Shown: positions 36,519-45,765 of the stretch, piece by piece
How positions within the stretch are numbered: the stretch's first letter is position 1
Layout: the number at the start of each line of letters is the position of its first letter
Assembly: GCA_036834845.1 (NCBI GenBank)
Contig: DAITNB010000007.1
Coordinates: 28,248-92,247, forward strand
Source of the DNA: a bacterium
Lineage (GTDB): Bacteria; Bacteroidota; Ignavibacteria; Kapaibacteriales; Kapaibacteriaceae
Length of the DNA: 64,000 bases
Reading direction: 5' to 3'
The notes under the pieces: generated by a model
What the model was told of the DNA's origin: nothing
What the model saw: the letters and a program-made list of their open reading frames with translations, nothing else
The model's database searches: none
Position numbers and translations under genes: made by a program

Positions 36519-39500
36519 CTAGTTGACGATGATGATCTGGCATTCAGTCATTCCGGTGTTATGCCTGAAGATCAGGCGATAAACGCCGGAAGCCCAACCG
36601 GAACATGAAAAATTACAATGTTGGAGCCCCTTTTGCAAAGAGATTCGTTCATTTACGATAAATCTTTGTCCACGAAGGGGTTCTGCCAACACTTGAACAT
36701 CCATTTCTGTTGATGCCTCAATTTCGATGGAAACCACGTCCCGTGCGGGTTGCGCCAGTGGTTTGGCTGCTGCAATCGCACGATTTCCGAAACTCACAAC
36801 TCGTTGTGACGGTCCGCACGGAGAAACGCCTAAAACCTGCTCCGACAGTGGTGATTGTTGCGAACATTGCGTTTCGTCTAATGATGCTCGCAATGAAAAT
36901 GTTTCCGGATTCGCCCAAAGAAAAGAGCCCGGAACTTCGATAGTGGCCTTCCATGCGCCCCTTAGAGGACCAAGATTTCCATGCAGTTTATCGCCTTGAA
37001 TGGCTACGCCGATGGATATCATTCGAGGAGCAAACGGAAGCTCTTCCACCTCCGCCTTGGCCACCCAACGCGGGTCTACCTGAAACCTCGTTGATGGCAA
37101 ATCACATGTAAAGGACACATCTGCTGAGGCATCCTGACTGGTGAGCTGCTGGAAATTCAGCCTTAAGGTAGCTGGTCCCACGTTGTAAGGAGGGGGCGTG
37201 GCAACGCGGATATCCGCCACCGTTTCCGGCACCTCGAGCCGAACCGAGGCCCTAGCCGAGTAGACACCTCCGATGCTGTCTACGGCTCGCACGAACAGCC
37301 GAGAATCCGATGCTCGATTGAACATAACAGCCGTATCAATGGTAACTGATTCAAAGGCAGGCAGGTGTATCGGCGTAGGAACCGCAAGGTGCAGTGTTTG
37401 GCCGTCTACATCGAGTTGAAGTGTATCAATTCGGGCAGGTCCGTTTCCGGAGTTTGCAAGGTTTACCCTAACCGGCACGGATGTGCAGACAGTTGCTTTC
37501 GCGTCAACCAAAAGAGTTAAGCCTACAACGGCGGTGGCGCGTTCAAAAGACGTTCCTTGCACGAGAAAACTCGCTATGCTTCGTTCGCCCATTGGTGCTG
37601 CGTTGCACTCAATAGTTACCGTACACTGGTGAGTACCAACTCGAGAAGGACGGAACTGGATATTGTTCCGCAGTGTACTGCCTTCAGTAAGCGTTGTTAG
37701 CTCAAGAAGCGTTGGTGGCAGGACAAACGAGGCCACATCCGGTCCGCTTATCGTAACAGAATACACTGCTAGGTCGCTGTTGCCGCCTGAGAAGCCGGTT
37801 TGCACCAGATCAACGATGGAATCTTTCGTTGTAGCTACCTCAATGCTTCCCATATCAATGTTGGCAACGTTGATATCGGGCATCGTACCAATGCCGATAA
37901 GGGTAATTCCAATACTGTCGTGACCGCGCCAGTCTACGTCCATCTTCGCCTCGGTGGCCTGTAGTCCGCGCCGGGTGGGCAAATAGCGTAGAGACACTAC
38001 CAAGGAATCGTTGGGGGCTAGTGAAACAGACTTCATGGAACTCCCAAGGTCTGCGAAGTCATAGCCAACCAATGCACTGGAATCGATCCAAAGTGTTGTA
38101 GCGCTGGTACCGCTATTTCGAATGGTCACAGCTGTGTCATTCCTGGTTCCAATGTGCCTCTTACCCCAATCAACAACGATAGGCAGAATACGAGGCCGCA
38201 CACCTCGTGCCTTCATTTTTGCCAGTAGGCCCTGCGCCGGGCTGCTCTGAACCACGTCTGAGCGTTCAACGGGACCTTCGCGCTCGGGTGTAAAACACAC
38301 ATCTAACCAAAGTGTGTCTCGCGGACGCAGTAGTCGCGGCAGGCCGAGACGCGTTATGTCTACGGTGAATCCGGCAGTTACTGCGGCCACATCAATTGCG
38401 GTAATCGTTATGTCTACTGTTCCCTGATTCGAGATGGGAATCCTGCCGCACGCGGTGTCGCCAAGGCGCACGTCTCCTAGGTCTAGCGGCTCTGTTTGTA
38501 TCGACGCAAACCCGCGAGTTTGTATAGACACCATCTGAATGAGCTTGCAGGGGTATTCAAACACGAGCGATCCAATGGCGTTCGTTGTGTCTTTTGTTGG
38601 GGTAAAACAAATCTCGATCGCCATGCTGTCGCCTGGTGCGAGTATAGAATCGCGCGCGACTCCCTGTACCCTCAGTCGGGTATCTCCCGTGAGAACAACC
38701 CCCATAATCTTCACGGGTGTTGAGTCGATGTTTCGTATAACAACGGTGGTGCAGATTCGCTCGTTGCCGTCTACACTAATAAAGATGCTCTGTGGCACCT
38801 GCACGTTGGGTGCGTCATAGGTATAAAGCCACTCCCTGCCATTACCCTGATTATCCCACGCATTGAAGACAATCTGGGCGTCTTTCCATAAATCCCGAAC
38901 CTCTGCTTCGATTTCGCGCCGTCCCTCTTCGTCCTTAACGTCGGAAAGATACCATCGGTAGTTAAACGTGCGCGGTTGTTGAACGCTGACTTCTTTAAGC
39001 AGTGGTTGTTTGATGGAGTAGTCGTAAACCGATCCAGATATCGTCCCACAATCAACAAGCAAGTTATATGCGGGAGGCGTGTCATCCTCTTCCTCAATCG
39101 GATCGTAAGAAATGCCATAAATGTTGGCGTATGAATCTACTTCTGATGTGCCATACATTGTACCGCTAAACAGTCCCGAATCTGCACTGATTATGTGCGA
39201 CCCCTGACTCATTTGAACGGTTGTCCAATGCAACGAAGTTCCGGGAATGATCTGATTGCGAATAGTCGGAGACGCGTCTGTTACAAGATTCCCACCAATT
39301 CGCAAAGAATTTAGAGCTGCCGCATTACAAACGATATTGAGAAAATAGTAGAAGCGCTGGGAGGGGCGGCCTGTTACCTCGAGCTGTGGGAACTGGAAGA
39401 GTGCCGAGCGGACAAAATGTTCGATCGCGGGCACAACAACCATGGCCGGATCGGAATTGATATTTGATCCGCTGTTGCTGCTCATGAACTGGGTTACGAG

Positions 39501-40505
39501 AAACCTGTCATCGCTCGACCAGGACGCGGGCTCGCGTAACTCAACATCAACCCAGTCTCCAGGACTTGTGAGGTAGAACACTCGTGTACCACCGCGCGTT
39601 ACGAGTGTAACCTGCTGGTTTGCTCTCGAACCCATTATACGGAACACATCATTACGCGTGGTTCCATAGAATGCAGACGTTGCATACGCTACCCCCCATT
39701 TGTCGATGCTGGGGAGTTGTTCAACCAAGTGATCTTTAGATAGGGTTGAATCACAGGGAACACTTGTGCGCTGATGCCCCGATAGAACTGCAATTGGTGC
39801 GCTCGACGAAATGTATGATCCAGTTAAGTCGTCTCCACCGTGCCTGGTGCCGAGCGCTTGCACAAGGTAACATTCACCCTTCTGGAGAAGAATGCGCCAG
39901 GGTGTTCGCGCCGGCACACGGTTTTTAGTTTCGGTGGCGGTGCTGATATCTACCCATGTGTTGTTTTCAACAGCGATGATCATGAACTCACCTACACGTG
40001 GGGTACGTGTGTAGATGTTGCTGCTTCTACGAGAGTCGTACCAATCTGTGGGCCGATTAACAGTAAAATATTGCTGACCCAAATGTCGAATCGGAATGGC
40101 AGTATACGAATCCGACGACTGTGCAATTGTATTCAATGCGTATACCACAATGGGTACGTCCGACTCTATAAAGACCGCTCTATCAAAAGCACGCTCGGAG
40201 GCATTCACCACGTGAATCGCATGAACATCCTCCTTTCGAACTGTGTTTGCTGGCACGAACACTGTGTACGTGCCCGTAATGCTCGATCGAATGGTAACAC
40301 GAGCATCGTATTTCGATGAGATGAAAATCTGAATTCGTGGGTCGGTACTGGCTTCGAGAATCTCGTTTGCCATGAAGCCCACAACAAAACTCGTTCCCTC
40401 GAGCGACGAAGCACCCTTGCGCGGTAGAACGCGCTCCACTTGGGCAGAAACTCCCAAGAGAGTTGCGCCAAGTACAAGCAAAGAAACGACCACGCGGAGG
40501 AACAT
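36519..40505 (-). CDS. giant secreted protein, paralogue C (1328 aa): IgGFc-binding-N-like module + Ig-like repeats + T9SS-like CTD
   Basis: Signal peptide MFLRVVVSLLVLGATLLGVSAQ. GTSFVVGFMANE...IQIFISSKYDARVTIRS, DLTGSYISSSAPIAVLSGHQ, DPAMVVVPAIEHF. Repeats (IRNIDSTPVKIMGV, ISNQGTVDITITAI, IRNSGTSATTLWI). The C-terminus ends in ...SGVYRLIFRH...IIIVN. Confidence 0.85.
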   Translation of the reverse strand: MFLRVVVSLLVLGATLLGVSAQVERVLPRKGASSLEGTSFVVGFMANEILEASTDPRIQIFISSKYDARVTIRSSITGTYTVFVPANTVRKEDVHAIHVVNASERAFDRAVFIESDVPIVVYALNTIAQSSDSYTAIPIRHLGQQYFTVNRPTDWYDSRRSSNIYTRTPRVGEFMIIAVENNTWVDISTATETKNRVPARTPWRILLQKGECYLVQALGTRHGGDDLTGSYISSSAPIAVLSGHQRTSVPCDSTLSKDHLVEQLPSIDKWGVAYATSAFYGTTRNDVFRIMGSRANQQVTLVTRGGTRVFYLTSPGDWVDVELREPASWSSDDRFLVTQFMSSNSGSNINSDPAMVVVPAIEHFVRSALFQFPQLEVTGRPSQRFYYFLNIVCNAAALNSLRIGGNLVTDASPTIRNQIIPGTSLHWTTVQMSQGSHIISADSGLFSGTMYGTSEVDSYANIYGISYDPIEEEDDTPPAYNLLVDCGTISGSVYDYSIKQPLLKEVSVQQPRTFNYRWYLSDVKDEEGRREIEAEVRDLWKDAQIVFNAWDNQGNGREWLYTYDAPNVQVPQSIFISVDGNERICTTVVIRNIDSTPVKIMGVVLTGDTRLRVQGVARDSILAPGDSMAIEICFTPTKDTTNAIGSLVFEYPCKLIQMVSIQTRGFASIQTEPLDLGDVRLGDTACGRIPISNQGTVDITITAIDVAAVTAGFTVDITRLGLPRLLRPRDTLWLDVCFTPEREGPVERSDVVQSSPAQGLLAKMKARGVRPRILPIVVDWGKRHIGTRNDTAVTIRNSGTSATTLWIDSSALVGYDFADLGSSMKSVSLAPNDSLVVSLRYLPTRRGLQATEAKMDVDWRGHDSIGITLIGIGTMPDINVANIDMGSIEVATTKDSIVDLVQTGFSGGNSDLAVYSVTISGPDVASFVLPPTLLELTTLTEGSTLRNNIQFRPSRVGTHQCTVTIECNAAPMGERSIASFLVQGTSFERATAVVGLTLLVDAKATVCTSVPVRVNLANSGNGPARIDTLQLDVDGQTLHLAVPTPIHLPAFESVTIDTAVMFNRASDSRLFVRAVDSIGGVYSARASVRLEVPETVADIRVATPPPYNVGPATLRLNFQQLTSQDASADVSFTCDLPSTRFQVDPRWVAKAEVEELPFAPRMISIGVAIQGDKLHGNLGPLRGAWKATIEVPGSFLWANPETFSLRASLDETQCSQQSPLSEQVLGVSPCGPSQRVVSFGNRAIAAAKPLAQPARDVVSIEIEASTEMDVQVLAEPLRGQRFIVNERISLQKGLQHCNFSCSGWASGVYRLIFRHNTGMTECQIIIVN

Positions 40506-40569
40506 TAGGCAGGTACCGAACAATCCGCAAACAGCTAGGACCTATTCTAACACTTATTCGGCAAAAACG

Positions 40570-41844
40570 TTACGGAAATTTCATGGACCGCGGTTTCGGA
40601 GCCGGCAAAAGCCGTGGCCGATCCGTGCGCCAGACGAAATTTGGCAGGCGATATGTGGTAGCTCGGCCGGAAACAACCGGTTCGGGGTGGTGTTCGCCTT
40701 CTACGCCCCCTAACCAATACACATCCGAGAGTACACCAGAGGTAAAATCCGCTTCGATGGTGTCTGACGCTACCGAGGCAAGCCCCTCTCGCCTCTCGTC
40801 CTCGGTACGAAACGTGATACTCCGAGCCGAGCCGCTTGACACAAGCCGACGAACGGTGTCGTTTTGAATGGTAAGACGGATCTGACCGCCCCCTATCTGA
40901 TCGAACCGCTCGTTATCAAGGGTGTCCGTCCGCGACACAAGAATGGCGTTCCCCATGCCAATCACGGCTTCGAGAACACGCCCCGGTGCCTCGGCTATAA
41001 TTGTATCGGCTTTCAGGAGCATCGAGTCTGACCACAAAACCGGCAGCTCATAGAGGTTGAACCGGCCGGTGGACTCTGAATACAACATCCTTCCTGCTTT
41101 CGCAGACACGGAACCACGTACCAGGCTTGCATTCCCGAAGGCCTCGAAGGAATCCGATTCCGTGCTCGAAACAAACAGTATGGTATCTGCCAGCACCAAC
41201 AGAGTATCGTTGATACCAGCCGTGTCCGTCTGCCATAAGCGCGCGCTTCCCACCATGCGCATCAGACCCATGCCGGGCTTGCGCAATCCGGTATCGCCTG
41301 CCATCACAACGCTACCGTCTCTGTTCGTAAGCAGCACATTCCCCACGGCAAGAGCGGTGTCCTGATCCCGGTCATACACCAATGCATCGGCCCATAAACT
41401 CGTGGAATCGTCGAGCGCGCGCACACTATCTGCGAACGTGGCGATATGGGTCTTTGTGGAGTACCAGCCCCGGCGCGAGGCAATCTTGCTCCCCCGCTCC
41501 AAGACCTGCAGTCCGCGAGGAGCCGTGGCAATAAACTGCACACCATCGTAGGAAATGAACGGAGCCGTAACAACCGCTCCTTGCTGAATGATCACAACGT
41601 TACCGGATAGATCTGCTCGATTATCCACGAGGTACTGTGTGGCGCGGTCGCACTTGACCGTCACGTTTCCCTGCGTAAAACGCACGTTACCAATAAACTC
41701 ACGGGTGCCGGTGTTTATCTGTCCGGTGCCAACAAGAGAATCTGCATGCTCCAAGATGATCGGAAGTGTGGGTCCGGCTTGCTGCGAATACACGCTTCCG
41801 TAACCAAGAGTGAGGAGAATGATGAGAGTTATTCGGCGGCACAT
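40570..41844 (-). CDS. OstA/LptA-like (LptD-N-terminal fold) repeat protein
   Basis: Signal peptide MCRRITLIILLTLGYGSVYSQ followed by repeated OstA-like segments (ADSLVG...REFIGNVRFTQGNVTVKCDRATQY...ADLSGNVVI). The upstream part of the 675-aa ORF is antisense to hflX and was discarded. Confidence 0.7.
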   Translation of the reverse strand: MCRRITLIILLTLGYGSVYSQQAGPTLPIILEHADSLVGTGQINTGTREFIGNVRFTQGNVTVKCDRATQYLVDNRADLSGNVVIIQQGAVVTAPFISYDGVQFIATAPRGLQVLERGSKIASRRGWYSTKTHIATFADSVRALDDSTSLWADALVYDRDQDTALAVGNVLLTNRDGSVVMAGDTGLRKPGMGLMRMVGSARLWQTDTAGINDTLLVLADTILFVSSTESDSFEAFGNASLVRGSVSAKAGRMLYSESTGRFNLYELPVLWSDSMLLKADTIIAEAPGRVLEAVIGMGNAILVSRTDTLDNERFDQIGGGQIRLTIQNDTVRRLVSSGSARSITFRTEDERREGLASVASDTIEADFTSGVLSDVYWLGGVEGEHHPEPVVSGRATTYRLPNFVWRTDRPRLLPAPKPRSMKFP

Positions 41845-41938
41845 ATCCGTCAAAACTACGTTTGCGCGAGAGAAGGAGCGGTTCATCCGTAACTTTGAAT
41901 CACGATCCGCTTGTTTTTCACAACATTCTCGAGTTTCT

Positions 41939-43237
41939 GTGCACGATGTTGGCTTGCGTCCGCCTGAGCGGGCAGTTATTGTTTCTGTTGTTAAGAAGGG
42001 GGCCGATCCGGAGATCGTACGAGAGCATCTCGACGAGCTAACACTGCTTCTCGACACCGCAGGTGCGGAAGTTGTGGCAAGACTAACGCAGGAACGCGAA
42101 AAGCCAGATATCTCCACGGCGTTAGGTAAAGGCAAGGTTGCTGAGTTAAAAGAGCTTGTGGAAACCACAGGTGCGCAAACTGTTGTTTTCGACGACGAGC
42201 TTACCCCTGCGCAAGTGCGAAATCTGGAAGAAGAAACAACCGTAAAGGTGCTCGATCGCAGTGGAGTTATCCTCGACATCTTTGCCTCGCGGGCACGGTC
42301 TCTCGAAGCGCGCACACAGGTAGAGCTTGCGCAGCTCGAGTACCTCCTACCGCGCCTTACACGCATGTGGACCCACCTTTCCAAGCAGTTTGGTGGCATT
42401 GGAACAAAGGGTCCGGGCGAAACGCAGATCGAAACAGACCGCCGGATGTATCGCACACGGATGCAGCGCCTACGCGAAAAACTCGTCGAAATAGACGGAC
42501 AGCGCAAAGTGCAGCGGAAAGGCAGAGAAGGTATGCCCCGTTTTGCCCTCGTTGGATACACGAATGCCGGAAAGTCGTCCTTGATGCATTGTATCACGGG
42601 CGCCGACGTGTTTATCGAAGACAGACTCTTCGCTACCCTCGATACTACGGTTCGCTCCGTCGAACTTCCGTCAGGTCAGAAGGCAATTCTTTCCGATACC
42701 GTTGGATTTATCCGCAAGCTGCCTCCGCAGCTTGTAGCGTCGTTTCGATCAACTCTGGCCGAGACCCTCGAGGCAGACGTGATTCTCCACGTTGTAGACA
42801 TTTCCAACCCACACTTCCGAGAACACATTGCGGTGGTAGACGAGACTCTCCGCGGACTGGGCGCAGCAGACATTCCGCAAATTTTTGTGTTCAACAAGAT
42901 CGACCTTGTAGATGATCCGCATCTAATAGACGACACCGAAGCCGAATACTCCAACTGTGTGTTTGTTTCTGCTGCAAGGGGGCTAAATCTCTCCAGATTG
43001 CTTCAGCGCATGCAGGAAACCTTCGAAGAAAGCGCCGTTTTGCGCACACTCGTAGTTCCGTACGAACACATGCGGGTTGTTTCGCGGGTGTACCAGGACG
43101 TGGAGGTATTGTCGCGCACCGACCAAGATGAAGGAATACGCTTGGCAGTGCGTGTACCGTCGGATAAATTGCCGGAGTTCCGGCTTCGATATCAGGAATT
43201 CGAAGTAACAGACGAACCATTCCCATCCACTCACTGA
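41939..43237 (+). CDS. hflX: GTPase HflX
   Basis: ERAVIVSV N-domain, G1 GYTNAGKSSL, DTVGFIRKLP, NKIDL. The start is uncertain; the GTG at 41939 was chosen because it avoids overlap with the divergent OstA-like gene. Confidence 0.8.
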   Translation: MHDVGLRPPERAVIVSVVKKGADPEIVREHLDELTLLLDTAGAEVVARLTQEREKPDISTALGKGKVAELKELVETTGAQTVVFDDELTPAQVRNLEEETTVKVLDRSGVILDIFASRARSLEARTQVELAQLEYLLPRLTRMWTHLSKQFGGIGTKGPGETQIETDRRMYRTRMQRLREKLVEIDGQRKVQRKGREGMPRFALVGYTNAGKSSLMHCITGADVFIEDRLFATLDTTVRSVELPSGQKAILSDTVGFIRKLPPQLVASFRSTLAETLEADVILHVVDISNPHFREHIAVVDETLRGLGAADIPQIFVFNKIDLVDDPHLIDDTEAEYSNCVFVSAARGLNLSRLLQRMQETFEESAVLRTLVVPYEHMRVVSRVYQDVEVLSRTDQDEGIRLAVRVPSDKLPEFRLRYQEFEVTDEPFPSTH

Positions 43238-43246
43238 ACCTGTTCC

Positions 43247-43411
43247 ATGGCAGCCCTCTGGATACTCATACTTGTTGTTACCACATACGTGGTTACGATT
43301 GGAATAATCGTGGTTGGACAAGAGGTTCATCCACTTGCGGCGTTTGCCCTTTTTGGCCTCTGTGTTTACGGCTCGTTCAAGTTGTTTCAAGCTCGTATGA
43401 CGCGGTTTTAA
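43247..43411 (+). CDS. small (54-aa) two-helix membrane protein, hypothetical
   Basis: ATG-to-TAA ORF found by eye in the hflX-recN gap. It encodes MAALWILILVVTTYVVTIGIIVVGQEVHPLAAFALFGLCVYGSFKLFQARMTRF. It is too short for the ORF track. Confidence 0.4.
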   Translation: MAALWILILVVTTYVVTIGIIVVGQEVHPLAAFALFGLCVYGSFKLFQARMTRF

Positions 43412-43426
43412 GGCACACGTACACGT

Positions 43427-45115
43427 ATGCTGCGTAAGCTCAACATTCGTTCGTTTGCGTTAATCGACGAAATCGAATTGGATTTTCCTGAAGGCATGAC
43501 GGTGTTCCTCGGAGAAACCGGTGCGGGAAAATCCATCATCATCGACGCACTGGCCGCTGCCTTGGGCGAGCGTGCTACGTCGGACGCGGTGCGCCAAGGT
43601 GCCCGCAAGGCAGTGGTGGAAGCAAGTTTTGTTGCATCGCGCAATTCACGCGTAGACGAGATACTCGCAGAGAATGAGTTACACTGGGATTCACCCGACC
43701 TAGTGCTCCGAAGAGAGCTCTCCCCTAGTGGTGGCTCCCGCTCATTTGTTAATGATACACCTGCTCCGCTTGCTGTACTGAAAGAACTAGCCACTCATCT
43801 TATTGATTTTCACGGTCAGCACGATACAACGGGGCTAATGAGCACTCAGCGGCATCGAGATCTGCTCGACGATTTTGCAGGTGCCCAGGCTGAGGTGCAA
43901 GAAATGAGAGAGCGATGGTTGGAGTACGCCGCGGCGCGCACCTCACACGCCACCCTTCTCGATCGGGCTCGCACCTCGGATGCAGACAGAGTGCGGCTCG
44001 AGTTTCTTGTCAACGAAATTGCGTCCGTAGACCCCTATCCGGGAGAGGACCTAGCCATAGACAGTGATTTATTGCGTGCAGAGGCAAGAGAGAAAATCTT
44101 AACGCTGGCCAATACTTCACGCGAGGCACTCTACAATGCAGAAACCAATGCTTACGGTTTGTTACGCGATGCCATTTCAAGTCTGCGCGAGCTCTCGGCC
44201 TTCCACACGGAACTAACACCCGCCATTGAAGACTTGGAAGCTGCCGCCGTAAGCGCAAAGGAAGCAGCACTTACGCTGTCTTCTCTCGCCGAGGCCGATG
44301 ACTTTTCCACAGAAGACCTCGAGCGGCTACGCATGCGCAAGGTGGATATTAACCGACTCATGCGGAAGTACGGGTCACTCGACGAAGCTCTTCGTTTTCA
44401 CGAATCGCTAAAGGAAGAACTCGCCCAGCTCGAAAACCTAGCCGAAAACCTCGAGGATTCTGAACGAGCACTCCTACAATGCGAGCGCTTAGCACGCCGC
44501 GCCGCAGACACCCTCCGGAAAACACGGCAAGCAGCAAAAGAGCGGTTTTCGAAGTCCGTAGAGTCTACCGTCTCGGAATTAGGCATGCCCTCTGCACAGT
44601 TCGTAATCGACATTTCGGAAACCGACCTTGGTGTGAAGGGGGCAGACAAAATTGAGTTTCTCTTTTCCGCCAATGCGGGTGTTACCCCAAAGCCCCTTGC
44701 CAAGGTTGCATCCGGGGGAGAGCTTTCCCGGCTGATGCTTGCGATGAAAACAGCCCTGGCCAGCACTGGCTTTGCCGGCACAATGGTGTTTGATGAAATC
44801 GACACGGGTATTAGCGGTAGGGTTGCCCGCACCGTTGGCACGGTAATGATGGGGCTGGCTCAAACACATCAAATTTTGTGCATCACCCATTTGGCCCAAA
44901 TCGCAAGTTTGGCGGGCACCCTTGTGCGCGTAGAAAAGACGGAGCAAAATGGCAGAACTGAGGTCTCGGCTGCAGTTTTGGCCTCAGACGAGGCACAACG
45001 AGAGATAGCAAAACTATTGAGTGGAGCAGATGTTACCCCTGCCACCTTGGAAAGCGCGCGCGAGTTAATGGTTGAGGCACTCGGGCATTCTGCACAAAAG
45101 CGGAAGAAGGGTTAG
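43427..45115 (+). CDS. recN: DNA repair protein RecN
   Basis: LNIRSFALIDEIELDF, Walker A GETGAGKSIIIDAL, a long coiled-coil, and a C-terminal SGGELSRLMLAMK / VFDEIDTGISG. Confidence 0.9.
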   Translation: MLRKLNIRSFALIDEIELDFPEGMTVFLGETGAGKSIIIDALAAALGERATSDAVRQGARKAVVEASFVASRNSRVDEILAENELHWDSPDLVLRRELSPSGGSRSFVNDTPAPLAVLKELATHLIDFHGQHDTTGLMSTQRHRDLLDDFAGAQAEVQEMRERWLEYAAARTSHATLLDRARTSDADRVRLEFLVNEIASVDPYPGEDLAIDSDLLRAEAREKILTLANTSREALYNAETNAYGLLRDAISSLRELSAFHTELTPAIEDLEAAAVSAKEAALTLSSLAEADDFSTEDLERLRMRKVDINRLMRKYGSLDEALRFHESLKEELAQLENLAENLEDSERALLQCERLARRAADTLRKTRQAAKERFSKSVESTVSELGMPSAQFVIDISETDLGVKGADKIEFLFSANAGVTPKPLAKVASGGELSRLMLAMKTALASTGFAGTMVFDEIDTGISGRVARTVGTVMMGLAQTHQILCITHLAQIASLAGTLVRVEKTEQNGRTEVSAAVLASDEAQREIAKLLSGADVTPATLESARELMVEALGHSAQKRKKG

Positions 45116-45129
45116 TATCTTGCGGACTC

Positions 45130-45759
45130 ATGGATACGTTTCGCGACCCTTCACAAGCACCATACAACCAACGATACCTCACCATTGAGGAACTGGAGGA
45201 TCGTCTGCATAGAAACGGCGACCCCATTTCGGTGCCTAAGGTCCTTGATGCCTATGAAATGGCCCACAACGTCCACCTCCATCAAATACGTAACGACGGC
45301 ACCCCATACTTCTGGCACAGCGCGCGCACGGCACGAATCATCATGGACGAGCTTCATGCGTTCGACACAGATCTTCTTATATCGGCACTACTCCATGATG
45401 TGTTAGAAGACTCGAAGACCGTAACCAAGGGCGTACTTGAATACAACTTTGGCTCGTACGTTGCCTACGTTGTAGACATGCTTACGAAGGATCTTCAACG
45501 AGCGAAACTCGACCCCGACGGAGTAGACATTGCCCACGCCGAGAAGCTGAAAATGTCGAGTGAAGATTGCCTCATCATTAAACTGGCTGCTCGCCTCGAC
45601 AACATGCGATGTCTAACATTTAACCTCAAGAAGAATCCATTGATCTACATCAACAATACTCTTGAGCGGTATGTGCCCATAGCAGAAGCCACCTCGAATG
45701 CACGTCTGCACTTCTTGGCACACTCTATACGGTCGGAAGCCAACACCTTTCTCGGATAG
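45130..45759 (+). CDS. HD-domain protein, RelA/SpoT-type (p)ppGpp hydrolase-like (small alarmone hydrolase candidate)
   Basis: 209 aa with HSARTARI...LISALLHDVLEDS...IKLAARLDNMR, as in the HD_4 hydrolase domain of RSH proteins. No synthetase domain. Confidence 0.65.
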   Translation: MDTFRDPSQAPYNQRYLTIEELEDRLHRNGDPISVPKVLDAYEMAHNVHLHQIRNDGTPYFWHSARTARIIMDELHAFDTDLLISALLHDVLEDSKTVTKGVLEYNFGSYVAYVVDMLTKDLQRAKLDPDGVDIAHAEKLKMSSEDCLIIKLAARLDNMRCLTFNLKKNPLIYINNTLERYVPIAEATSNARLHFLAHSIRSEANTFLG

Positions 45760-45765
45760 CTCTAC

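Noticed and set aside
41845-42597. N-terminal 250 aa of the 675-aa minus-strand ORF (40570-42597)
   Set aside because: This portion is antisense to hflX, whose GTPase motifs are unambiguous. A proper signal peptide (MCRRITLIILLTLGYGSVYSQ) begins at the internal ATG at 41844, which was taken as the real start.
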